DNA of 64,000 bases, from positions 5,084,001-5,148,000 of the forward strand of contig JBITNC010000001.1 in assembly GCA_050084985.1 (NCBI GenBank), given 5' to 3'. The DNA comes from Nageia nagi (Eukaryota; Plantae; Pinophyta). Position numbers and translations under genes: made by a program. Below the pieces are notes generated by a model. The model saw only the letters and a program-made list of their open reading frames with translations. It did not search any database and was not told the DNA's origin. Shown one piece after another: positions 48,806-60,068 of the stretch (position 1 is the first letter of the stretch; each line of letters begins with the position of its first letter).

Positions 48806-50854
48806 TTACCAAATACTGAAATAAATCAGAAACGTTAAAAACTGGGGAGATATCAAAATCATCAGGCAATTCAACTCTATAACATTATTATTGATTTTCT
48901 TCAGAATCTTGCATGGACCAATCTTCTTAAGCTTCAGTTTATTATATGTCCTTGTAGTAAATCGCTCCTTTCGAAGATGGACCATGACCAAATCACCTTC
49001 TGTAAACACTTTCACCCGCCGATGTGCATCCGCGGTTGTCTTATACTGAGCACTACTATGTTGTAATGGGGCTTTCACTGATTCTTGCACATCGTGTATA
49101 TGCTCAGCAAAGGCTTCGGCCGCATCACTAACCTGTTCGCCCTTAATTTCGGCAAGAAACTCCTTTGTTGCCAATAAGCTCTCACTCGGTCCCTCCTCCT
49201 TCATGGGTAACAAAACTATCTTGACGCCATCCTTCCAGAATGTGTGAGTATTCTTTTTCCCATTATGTTCTGAATCTCTATCATACTGCCATGGCCTTCC
49301 TAACAGAATATGACATGCATCCATCGGAATCACATCACACCATACAGTATCCTTGTACGCCTTCCCAATGGAAAAACTTACTAAACACCTCTTATCAACA
49401 AGCACTGTATTTTTTTCCTTAATCCAGGAAACACGATAAGGGGTCGGATGGGCTTCACATGTTAACTGTAACTTATCCACCATAACATCAGAGACCAAAT
49501 TTTCACAACTCCCTCCATCAATGACCACGTTACACACCTTTCCTCCTGAAGTGCATCTCGTGCGGAAAATGGTATTACGCAACCAAGAGTCCTCCTTATC
49601 CCCTTCCTGCATGCTTACTTTCTCAGGGACAGCAAGGGTCCTTCTTATCATGAGGGTTTCACCCGTGTCTGCAGCAACTTCAGTCTCAGCCTCCACCTCT
49701 TCTTCTTCTTCAACTAATGCGACCCTAGCTGGACCCCTCTCCTCTGCATCATACTGAGGACATTCATATGCTTTATGCCCTTCTTCTCCACATCTATAAC
49801 AGATGAATGGTTTCCCTGGTCCACGTCCGACCCTTCCACCGTTACCTCTTCCTCTTGGATATCCTCTTCCCCCTTGGAGGGTGTCTTGGCTCTGTCCTAT
49901 CTGATCCTCATTTTTCCCAATCACCGAAGATTCACCCCTTACGAAGTTAGATCCACCTCGCCCTCTATTTGAAGAGGGTGTCGACCCGTTCTTTCCCCCT
50001 CTGCTACGTCTCGTAAGCTTCTCCTCAGCCTTCAAAGCCATCTGATATGCATCCTCTACAGTAAGAGTGCGATGCATACTTATCTCATCCTGGATAGAAT
50101 AGCTGAGACCATTCACATACCTTGCAGCTCTCTGCTGGTCCGTCTCCTCATGCTCTACCCGAATGGATAATTTGTAGAACTCATTGGTGTAATCTTCGAT
50201 GCTTTGGTCTCTCTGTCGAAGGTTCTGGAACCTCCGAAATAAGGTCTGGGAATAGTCAATAGGAATAAACTTTTCTTCTAATTTTTTTTTCATCTTGGCC
50301 CAAGCTCTGATCTTCTCTTTTCCCTTCTGCTGTCGAGATTTTTGTAAATGATCCCACCAGATCAATGCATGTCCCTTCAATTTCGTGCATGCAAGCTTCA
50401 CCTTCTTATCCTCTGCAAGGTTTCTCCATTCAAAATACTTCTCTAGGCTATTAACCCAATCAATCAACTCTTCTGGTTTCAACCCACCAGCATACTCAGG
50501 AATGTCAATCTTAATCCCATCTTGATTTCCTTTCAGTCCCTCCAAGGCTTGGATTAATCGATTTTCAAAGCCTTTCCCAGCTTCTTCTGGGTGCATCGAT
50601 TCTCCTTCCTCCTCAACGCCAGAGTCCTCTCCCCCAAACAGGCTCTCACTATCAGATCCTGGATGCGGGTACGCATGGGGTATCCTCCCCCCCATGCGAT
50701 TAATTGCACCAATCAATCGGGCAACTTCGGCGTGTAGGTCCTCAATCTGCCGATTCATATGGGCATACGCATCAGCTACACCTCTGTCGATACCTCTACC
50801 GACTCCTCGGCCGATGCCCCTACCGACACCTCTACCTTGTCTCCTAGGCGGCAT
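48806..50854 (-). CDS. Second copy of the Gag-protease-integrase C-terminal fusion ORF, 682 aa (frameshifted near its 3' end)
   Basis: Near-identical to copy 1, with roughly nine substitutions in ~2 kb by eye; the frame is lost at ~48880 within an indel-rich stretch. Confidence 0.88.
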   Translation of the reverse strand: MPPRRQGRGVGRGIGRGVGRGIDRGVADAYAHMNRQIEDLHAEVARLIGAINRMGGRIPHAYPHPGSDSESLFGGEDSGVEEEGESMHPEEAGKGFENRLIQALEGLKGNQDGIKIDIPEYAGGLKPEELIDWVNSLEKYFEWRNLAEDKKVKLACTKLKGHALIWWDHLQKSRQQKGKEKIRAWAKMKKKLEEKFIPIDYSQTLFRRFQNLRQRDQSIEDYTNEFYKLSIRVEHEETDQQRAARYVNGLSYSIQDEISMHRTLTVEDAYQMALKAEEKLTRRSRGGKNGSTPSSNRGRGGSNFVRGESSVIGKNEDQIGQSQDTLQGGRGYPRGRGNGGRVGRGPGKPFICYRCGEEGHKAYECPQYDAEERGPARVALVEEEEEVEAETEVAADTGETLMIRRTLAVPEKVSMQEGDKEDSWLRNTIFRTRCTSGGKVCNVVIDGGSCENLVSDVMVDKLQLTCEAHPTPYRVSWIKEKNTVLVDKRCLVSFSIGKAYKDTVWCDVIPMDACHILLGRPWQYDRDSEHNGKKNTHTFWKDGVKIVLLPMKEEGPSESLLATKEFLAEIKGEQVSDAAEAFAEHIHDVQESVKAPLQHSSAQYKTTADAHRRVKVFTEGDLVMVHLRKERFTTRTYNKLKLKKIGPCKILKKINNNVIELNCLMILISPQFLTFLIYFSIW

Positions 50855-53800
50855 CTTTTCCTTGGCTCTGGTACCAAATGATGTGAATTCAGCTATAACA
50901 GGAAAACAGAAATTGAAATCCAGTCACAGAACATACAGAAGAAATCCAGACCAAAAATACTCGTCTTATTCCTGAATCCACATACTCTCCAAGAGAATAT
51001 AATGCCCTTTAAATAGCCACAAAAAAAACAAAAAACCAAAATGAGTCAGATTGCGCCCAAAATTTGCATGCGCATCCCTCTTACACTAATTAAGCAGTAT
51101 CTAAAATATCCACCCTTAACTAGAAGAAAAACAAGAGTTACTAAAGGCGCAACATGCAAAAAAGCCTAAAAATTAGGAGTGCTCTTAAAAAAGCCTATTT
51201 TTCAGGCCTTAGACGAATGAATCAGGCCTTAAAAATATCATTTTTTGGGTATGGCAATTCTAGCGAACTCATAACTGGAAATTCGTCACGAAGCCACAGT
51301 TTAAATTTCGAAGCAAAACGACCTCCGGATCAAAAGTTACGGCCCCGGCAACGCATGCATCAAATTTTCTCAAAAAACTAGTCCCTTACCTTAAGGAAAA
51401 ATCTTATATATTGAAATATCACTACAAATATGAATTATTGGTTGAAATATAAATTGAAATCACTTTATATCATTTTGAAACATATGAGATTGAATCTGAA
51501 CCAAATCAAATTACTGCTCAACATGCTCCCAATCTCAACTAAAAAATGCCAAAACCAATGATCTAGCTGTCCCAGTCCTAAACTAAAAAACTAAATTGAA
51601 ACTCTTGTGACTTGATTAAAGTTCCCAATTACAGAGGAATATATAATTTATCACATTATTAAACTCATTAAAACTCATGAAATCCTCAATTTCATCAAAC
51701 TCATTAACAAATTAAAATGCATGGCATGGCTTACTCAATACTACTTACAAATTGACAATTTTCTTCAATGACAACAAACTTGTAATTTTAACTATTTTCA
51801 TACTTTTTTTTTCAAAATAATTTGAATTCTCTTATAAATTTAATAAATAGGGCTTAGAAATTCATTTATACTTTATTCTCAACTCACTAGAGGGTTGAGA
51901 TTCAACATTTTCACTTTTTGCAACTTTGTAGCAACTTTTTGACAACTTCTAGCTCAACCTGAGAACAACTCTAAATTATCTAAAATCATGAAATGTACTT
52001 ATCAAAACAAATGTATATACTTGATACATGCATTTCCTTAAAATTTTAGCCTCTGATTCTCATTTTTCCACATTTGACCTTCTTGCTTCATGATTGAGTG
52101 ATTCATGCAAACTTGAAATTGTCAAAAAACTATCAACTTCCAACAAGCATAATTGTTATTTTACATATCCAATTAAATCCATTTTTTTGAATTATAAATT
52201 TGGAATCATAAATTTATAAATAAAATAAAAAATTACCTAGTCAAATTCTAAGAAAAAAAAACTAAGAAACTAAACATACCATATTTTATACCTATCAAAC
52301 CTGAAACTTAAAACAACCATATCTTTTAATTTGAGAAGAACTTTCAAAATATGTTTTTTGGACTTGGATAATTTTTTTATATCTAGCAATTCCACTTATC
52401 ACTTATGGAGCAATGATGCTCCATATGGAGTAATGAGGCTCCACACCTTACTCCTACTGATCGTTAATTTTCCCCTACAATATGTTATGTCATCTTTCTG
52501 CAAAGAATTAATTGTATTTTTATTTTTGAATTTTATGCAAAATAAGCACTTTATAATATCTCTACAAAAATTCACAAAGAGGCAACTTCAAGAAATGAAT
52601 AAGAAACATTCACAAAGACTGAACTATATATCTTGATAAAGAACTATTACACAACATAACAATGCATGACAACATGATTTGTAACTAATGCGACAAATAT
52701 GATTATGCACCTAACAATGCAACTAAAATGCAAAATGACATTAAAAGAAAATAAATGATAATAAGGACCCCAACATCATTACCATCACTATAATTATCAT
52801 TATATTTTGTTAAATGTGTTATTTTTTCTTTACATTTTCTAAGGAGGATAGACCTTATTTTCTTTCCTATATTTCTTCATAGATTTATCATAACATATGT
52901 CTCCCCATTCATCTTTTTCCTTAATATCAAATAATTCCATTTCATTATAATGAGTAAGATTGCTATACACTTCTTCTATTTCTGATTTCTTATTTTTAAA
53001 TTCATAATTGAATAGAACTTGGGAATAATCACTTACTTGGATATTTGAGATTAAAACCTATGGTGTAGGAACTAAATTCTCTTCGTGCTTGTCATTTTCT
53101 TTTGAATTTGGAGCATCATTGATCTTTGAAGCGCCATCGCTCAAAATATCATCAAACTTGAGCGGGCTATGACTCTCAATTGCACTATCTTGCATATCCC
53201 TTGCAAAACTATCTTCAACTTCTTCTTTTACTTATGTTAGATATTGATCTTTCCATATAACATTATCATTATCATTATTAACAATATATAATATATCATC
53301 ATTCATGGAAATATCATCTCTATTAGAGCTATTAACATCTACACAAGAACTTGGGATGTCATCAACGAAAATTACATCCTTATAATGTTCAACATATTTA
53401 TGAAAAATAATAATATTATAATTAACCAAAGAAACCTCATCAATATCAACTTTGTCACTTGTACCACTTGTATTGTCTAAGAAAGAACTTGTAAAACTAA
53501 TTTATCATAAGCTTTCCTTCTATCAATAACTTGCAACATCTCTATATTTTCATGTGCCTTATCTACCTTTGAGGTTTCATGATTATTGTGTGGTTTAAAT
53601 GCATTTAATATTACATTTCATCCATCTTTAATCAATTATAGAATTAGAGTAGTAAGAATACACATATAAGAAATTATAATTCAAAAATTAACAAATTCTA
53701 GAAATCTCAATGACAATGCATGCAACAAGCCCAAATTACTCTCAAAAAGTTATCTACTACTATGACTTATAGTTTTGGCAAGTTTTTATCATGAAGAAAG

Positions 53801-54944
53801 TCACCAAATAGTAACAAAATATTTTCAAAATTTAGGGCTTTCTAAGATGACATTTTTTTGCAAAATTTTCTCAATATTGGTCAAAATTTAGAATTGTAGG
53901 CCTAGAAAAATCACCAAATTTTTCCAATTATGTTTATCTATGGTTTGGGAAAAAACAATTAATGCTAGATCTCACCAAATTAAACAAAATGAGTTTCAAA
54001 TTTGAGAGTTTTCTTTAGAAATGAAATTCACCAATAATAAATCTTCTTCAAATCCAATAATTTTAAAGAAGCAAAACCTTCTAATATTGTAAAGAATTAT
54101 CACAACCAAAGAGCAAACAAAAACTAGGATTTTCAATGAAAGACTCCATAGAAAATATGATACTCTAAAATGAAAATTGTAGGGTTTTTTAGACACAATT
54201 GAGTTTACCATTTGTTAATAATAAAAATTAATTTGCACCAATTAATAATATTAATAATAAATAATAGAATAATGATAATATTCAAAGAGCCTCTAATCAA
54301 CCTTAACCTATCAAATTTGAATTCATATAGACTTACAAACTTGTTACTTTATCTATTACAAAGATCACAACTCACAACTAACTCAAAGAAGTCATCAATG
54401 AACTATTCCCATCAATTGGACTAGTACCAGGCCAAACCTCCACGGAGTGCCACTTCTCTGAATATAGCATCATCGCTCTAAGATCCACTTAGAGACCCTT
54501 AGATCCTTCAGTTATCATCATGAGGTTTACTTCAAAGCTAGATTTTTTATATGCAATAGATCAAATGATTGCAAGAATGAAATATGTTTGAGTATAATAA
54601 AATCTAGATATGATAAGTGGCATTGAAGAACACCAATTAAGATTATTTTTACTACTACCTATCAAGAATACAAATTATGTCATTATACATGATGCACAAC
54701 CCTTCATTTACTTTATAGGTAATAGGTCTAATGCCAATGATCCTCCTTGGGCTTATCAAGTTCTAATGCCAAGACACCTTCTTAGGCTTATATTTGGGCT
54801 AACCTATTGCCATAAAACATAAAGGTAGTGAGAGTGAACAATACTCAAAATAAAAATAAATCATTTAAATAATCAATTAATTCTAGATACCTAAAAGGTG
54901 CATTTTGATTAAATTAAAATTCTTTTTTAGGTGTTAATACATGG

Positions 54945-56585
54945 AACACTAGTTTCTTTCAATTAGGCAACACTAGTTAGTCCACCATGGCTTATAAAGA
55001 TGCTTAGCCAACTTGGACCACATAGAGAAAGGAATATATTCAAGCACTAAATCATACGTGGATTTATCCTTAGCCTTTAATCCATGAAGCGTCTTGAAGG
55101 ACTCTCATGGAATCTAGTCCTTAGTATGACTCGAATAAAAATTCGAGATGAAGGCAAATCCTTCTTCTAAATAAATGTTGAGATAGAATCCAATGAAATT
55201 TAAAAATAGGTAAGCCTTGATAGGTAGTAATAAGTGAAAACTAGACATTAATAAAGGTTATAGAATATCATGCTCAATATCCTTTTCCTTTCCAAAATAA
55301 TCAAGGTTTGAAGGCTTTCCCATTCTTTCCATATACTCAAAATAACAAAAAATCATGAGATCTTAAATGGAATAGGGGCAATAAAAATAGTCTATAAATT
55401 GATATCTTTCCATAATTTCTTTCCCAAGGAGAGATCTATGGAGAGGCAGTGTTTCATAAGAATTTTCCTTGCCTCCTCCCCTTAAAGGGCCTTGGCAATC
55501 CATTTTGCACAAAGGGAAAAAACTTGTCTTTGGAAATCAAACAAGCCCATACCCATATATTTCTTGGGAATATAACTAACATCTCATGAAACCCTATGGA
55601 ACCCCTTCTTGTGAGACATATTCACCCAAAGGATATCCATCAAATTCTTCTCAAGCTTGATGTAGAAGGTCCTAAAAGTGACCTAACAAGAAGAGTAGTA
55701 GACATGGGTGGTGGATAAATTTTTGAAACAAATTTGAAACATTATAGCTAATTAAAGATTTTTAGTTGTCCAATATGATAGCCTTTTCTCTACTTTTTGC
55801 ACTAAATAATTTTATAGTTGAGTAGAGGATCCTTGAAAAGAACAAGTAATTCCTAAAAATTGAAGGTATTAGCTAGTTGAATCCATATCCATTGAAATTG
55901 GGAGATATAAGAGGGTAATGGCTTAAATAGATTGTGTATAACAACAAGTTTTTTTTCATTAAATATTAGAAACATAGGATAGACAAAAAATATTTAAATA
56001 GTTAAAAATAATGAAAACTGATTATTCATATTCTTAGAACATAAAAAAAAGGAATCATTAACAAAATGACTATTTACCAAATGTTGTTGAGAATTGGGGA
56101 GACCAATGCCTCGAATATAACCTTGAGAAACCCTATTGGCAAGTAAATATCCAAAAGATTATACCAAATGAATAAACATAGAGGGGGATAAGGGGTGACC
56201 TTGTTTGACTGATTGAAAAACGTTTCAAATTGATAATTATTCAATATAAGGACAACAAAGGCTTCCCTAAAAAGTATATTGATAGTAATAATAAACTATT
56301 AGACAAAATGTAAGGCTTAAAACATTATAAGAATGATATACCATTCAATTATGTCATAAGCCTTTTCAAAATCAATCTTGATGAATAACATATCTTGGTT
56401 AGAATTTTATTGCAATTCCATTCCTTCCTAAATTGCAATAATATTATCAAGGATGTATCTTCTTTTCATAAATCCTGGTTATTCTAGTCAAATGATGAGA
56501 GGGAGTATAGACTTAAGCTTTAAAACCAATTCTTTGGAAATGATTTTATAAACAAAATTCAATAAGGTAATGGTTCTCCAATTGG
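54945..56585 (-). mobile_element. Decayed L1 LINE reverse transcriptase fragment
   Basis: The minus strand reads NWRTITLLNFVYKIISK..GFMKRRYILDNII...FIKIDFEKAYD and VKQGHPLSP (RQGCPLSP-like). Confidence 0.8.
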
Positions 56586-59500
56586 TGTTGGAAACCTGGC
56601 TTACTTCCTGATGTCCAAGTCTTAGTTTTCTGAGAATTCTAGCTCTCTATTTATAGGCATAATGTACCCAACAAACTATAACCTAGGCACATCACATTGT
56701 TCCCCAAGTGCACCATGCTTATAAATAGAATCTAGAAAGCTAAAATTAGCATGCAGAGGACTATCATTTTTATCTCCATTTTTACCATAAATGTTACTAT
56801 TTTGGTTTGACATTTCACCTAGTTGTCTCCTAGTATGATAAGATAGATTTAGCATATTTTAGTTTTCTTTTGCATTGGATTGCAACAAGTTAAGATCATG
56901 CAACTTAAAGTTTATATTTAGCACAATCTATTTATAGGCTTTTCCAAAACCTATGTATGTAATGATTTTATTTTTCATATTAATAAAAGTAGAATACTTC
57001 TCATTGTGGTATCAGAGCTTTAGGGAGATCTATTGGGTTAGAGTTAGTGGGTGCAATTGTAAGAATTTATTTTATTCTTTCTATAGATTGTGATCCATTA
57101 TTTTTTATTATGTTTGAGCAATATGGTTGCAAACAACAATACTCTACCAATTCTAGACTTCCACGGAGAGGATTATGTATTATTCTATCAAGATAAATAC
57201 ATTATGATGTAGTTGAAGAAGGATACAATGATCCAATCGATTGAAGCACTCTTCTACTCAATGATAAAATTGCTAAAAAGAAGGTTCAGAAGAAGAATTC
57301 CTTTATAATATATCATCTACAACCTACCTTGGATAAGAACATCTTCCCCTTGACTGCCTCATGTACTTCAATGCAAGATACATGGAGAGCACTCAAAGAG
57401 AGCTATCAAGGTAGCACCCAAGTGAAGAAAGTGAGGTTAAAAACCCTCAAAAGAGATTTTGAAAATCTCAATATGCAAGCTAGTGAGATGGTGGGGGATT
57501 ATTGTGTGAGATTCAAAGCATGTATGGACAAGATGAATACTCTTGGAAAAGAGGTGTTGAATGGCAATATAGTGAAGAAATTGTTGAGAACACTTATTCC
57601 CAAGTGGAACCATGTAGCAATCATAATTGAAGAGGCCAAAGATATATCTACTCTTAGTTATGATCAGATCATAGGATCCTTGATGTCCCATGAAGAGAGG
57701 ATTCAAGATTCTACATAATCACCAGTTGCAATGGATGATGAGAAGGCTTTTGTAAGGAGGCTGAAGCTCAAAAGCTTCCTATGCACAAGGCAGAGTCCAA
57801 CAATCTTCTAGAGAAAGAGGAAGAGGAAGGAGAAGAGCTACCCATGGAAGAGGTAGAGGTGGATTGAATGGAGGGGGAGACAAGTAAAATAAACAATGTT
57901 ACTATTGTAACAAATTTGGGCACTATGAGTGGGAGTGTAGAGCTAAGGTCACCCAAGGAGCAAGTGCAGTCAATTATGGAGAAGAGGATGAGACCTCAAA
58001 TTTATTTTTATCTTATGGGAAGATAAATTAGAATCTCAATGAAACTTGGATTCTTGATATTGGTGCTTCTAATCACATGACCAAAAAGAAGAGTTGGTTG
58101 CTTCAATGGAAAACTCTTTCAAATCCAAGATAAAGCTTGGAGATGATAATACATTGACCATTGAAGGCATGGAAACCATGGAGGTCAACACCAAAGAAGG
58201 TACCAAGAAGGTAAATAGCATCTACTATACTCCCAATCTCAAACATAATTTGCTAAGTGTGGAACAAATTATGGAGAAGAACTACAAGCTTGTTTTTGAA
58301 GATGGAAAATGTGTGATCTATGATAAGAACAATGGTCATAAGTTGTTCACTACAATTCCAATGACCAAGAATAAATTATTTCCACTTAAATTTGGAAGAG
58401 ATTATGCCCAGCTAGCAAATGTAGTTGTGGAGAACAAGAGTTGACTTTGGCATACGAGATATGGCCATCTAAGCTACCCAAGTGTGAAATTGTTAACATC
58501 TCAACAAATGGTTTATAAGTTACCCAAGATTGAAGAATACAAGATAATGTGTGAAGGATGTGCTTTAGAAAAGCACTCATGGATGAGGTTTCCAAGAGGC
58601 CAAGCTTGGAGAGCTTCCTATCCCCTCCAATTGGTGCATTCTGGTATTTGTGGTCCCATGCAAATACAAAGTATTGGTAAAAACTCCTACTTCCTTACTT
58701 TCATAGATTATTACACAAGGATGTGTTGGATTTATTTGTTAACTTTGAAGGATCAATATTTTGAATATTTTAAAGATTTTAAAACTCATGTGGAAAGGAA
58801 AAATGAATATGTTGTGAAGTGTTTAAGGGATAATAGAGGAGGATAATTTTTCTCTAATGAATTCCTTAAGTTTTGCAAGGATTGTGGAATAAAGAGGCAA
58901 CTCATAGTTGCCTATACTCCACAACAAAATGGCGTATTAGAGAGGAAGAACCAAACTATAGTAGAGATGGCAAGGAGCATGCTACAAAGAAAAAGTTTGA
59001 GCAATATATATTAGGATGATGTAGTAAGGACAACAATATACATCTTGAATGGAATTCCAACTTCAAGCTTGGATGGCATCACACCTTATGAGGCATGGTA
59101 TGAGAAAAAACCTAGTGTCAATCATTTTAAAGTTTTTGGTTATATTCCTTATGCTCATATTTTTTATGAAAATAGGAGAAAGTTAGATCCTAAGAGTCAA
59201 GCATGTATTTTTCTTAGCTATTGTGAGCAAACCAAGGCATATATATTGTATAATCCAAAAACCTATAAGGTAATTATTTCTAGAGATGTAATTTTTGATG
59301 AAAAGGAAGAATGGGATCATCAAAAACTCATTGATGATGATGAATCCAATGAAGATAGCTCCTTTAAAGTGTAACCCTTGGATCAAGCCAGCAAAGAAAA
59401 GTCCTCACTTTTCAAGTAGAAGAAGCAAAGCAAGGTAAAAGAACACTTCAAGAACATCCATCCAACCAAATGATGGATCAGAATTTCTCAAGGAGATTCA

Positions 59501-60068
59501 CAAGGATCCAAGCAAGTGAACTTGATCAAGTTATAAAAATGTTTAAAAATTTGAATATGTATGGTGATGAGGATACTGATGAACCCAAATTTCCATCTAA
59601 CTCTTATCAAGCTTGCACTAATTATTTTTGGTTGAAGGCTACGAAGGAAGAGATTTCTTCCATCAACAAGAATAATACTTGGAAACTTGTGGAGCTTCTA
59701 AAAGGCAAGAAGCATGTTGGGTGCAAATGGGTCTATAAGACCAAATATAGTGCTAATGGAAGAATTGAGAGACACAATACAAGGCTTGTAGTAAAGGGCT
59801 TCACCCAATGCTATGGCATCAATTATGAAGAGACATTTGCTATGATATCAAGACAAGAGACAATCCTATTAGTCCTTTCCTTAGCTTCCCACAAAAGTTG
59901 TCTAGTGAATCATATGCATGTCAAAAGTGCATTCTTTAATGGATATTTGGATGAAGAGGTCTATGTGCAACAACCTCAAGGATTTGAGGTAGAATAAGGG
60001 AATAAAAATCTTGTGTATAAGTTGAAGAAGGCCTTGTATGGCCTCAAGCAAGCTCCAAGAGCTTGGTA
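56586..60068 (+). mobile_element. Decayed Ty1/Copia element (5' LTR 56586-57003, PBS 57007-57018), cut inside RT by a Gypsy insertion
   Basis: TGTTGG...CA then TGGTATCAGAGC; gag (LKRDFENL, SLMSHEER), protease (WILDIGASNHM), integrase (VHSGICGP, TPQQNG), RT up to KQAPRAW. Confidence 0.92.

Larger units (their letters stand above)
45228..51362 (-). mobile_element. Young tandem dimer of a non-autonomous CRM-like Ty3/Gypsy element (3 LTRs, 2 internal units)
   Basis: LTRs 45228-45711, 48058-48543 and 50879-51362 (TGATG...CATCA). One perfect TSD, AATTT (45223-45227 / 51363-51367). PBS TGGTACCAGAGC at 50865-50876 and 48044-48055; PPT-like GAGGAGAA next to LTR1. Confidence 0.95.
42271..54939 (-). 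mobile_element. Old non-autonomous LTR retrotransposon (~727-bp LTRs) hosting the tandem Gypsy
   Basis: Diverged direct repeats 42271-42996 and 54213-54939 (TGTTAA...TTAACA/TTAATA). TSD TATGG/CATGG. A degenerate PBS (TTTACCA on +) lies at ~54204-54210. No recognisable gag/pol internally. Confidence 0.8.

Noticed and set aside
46419-49972. Plus-strand ORFs opposite gag as antisense genes
   Set aside because: Short shadow frames of the main ORF, duplicated only because the element is duplicated.
45895-50854. Domesticated Gag-derived host gene (PEG10/Arc-like)
   Set aside because: Flanked by near-identical LTRs, PBS, PPT and TSD, so it is a recent transposon rather than a domesticated gene.
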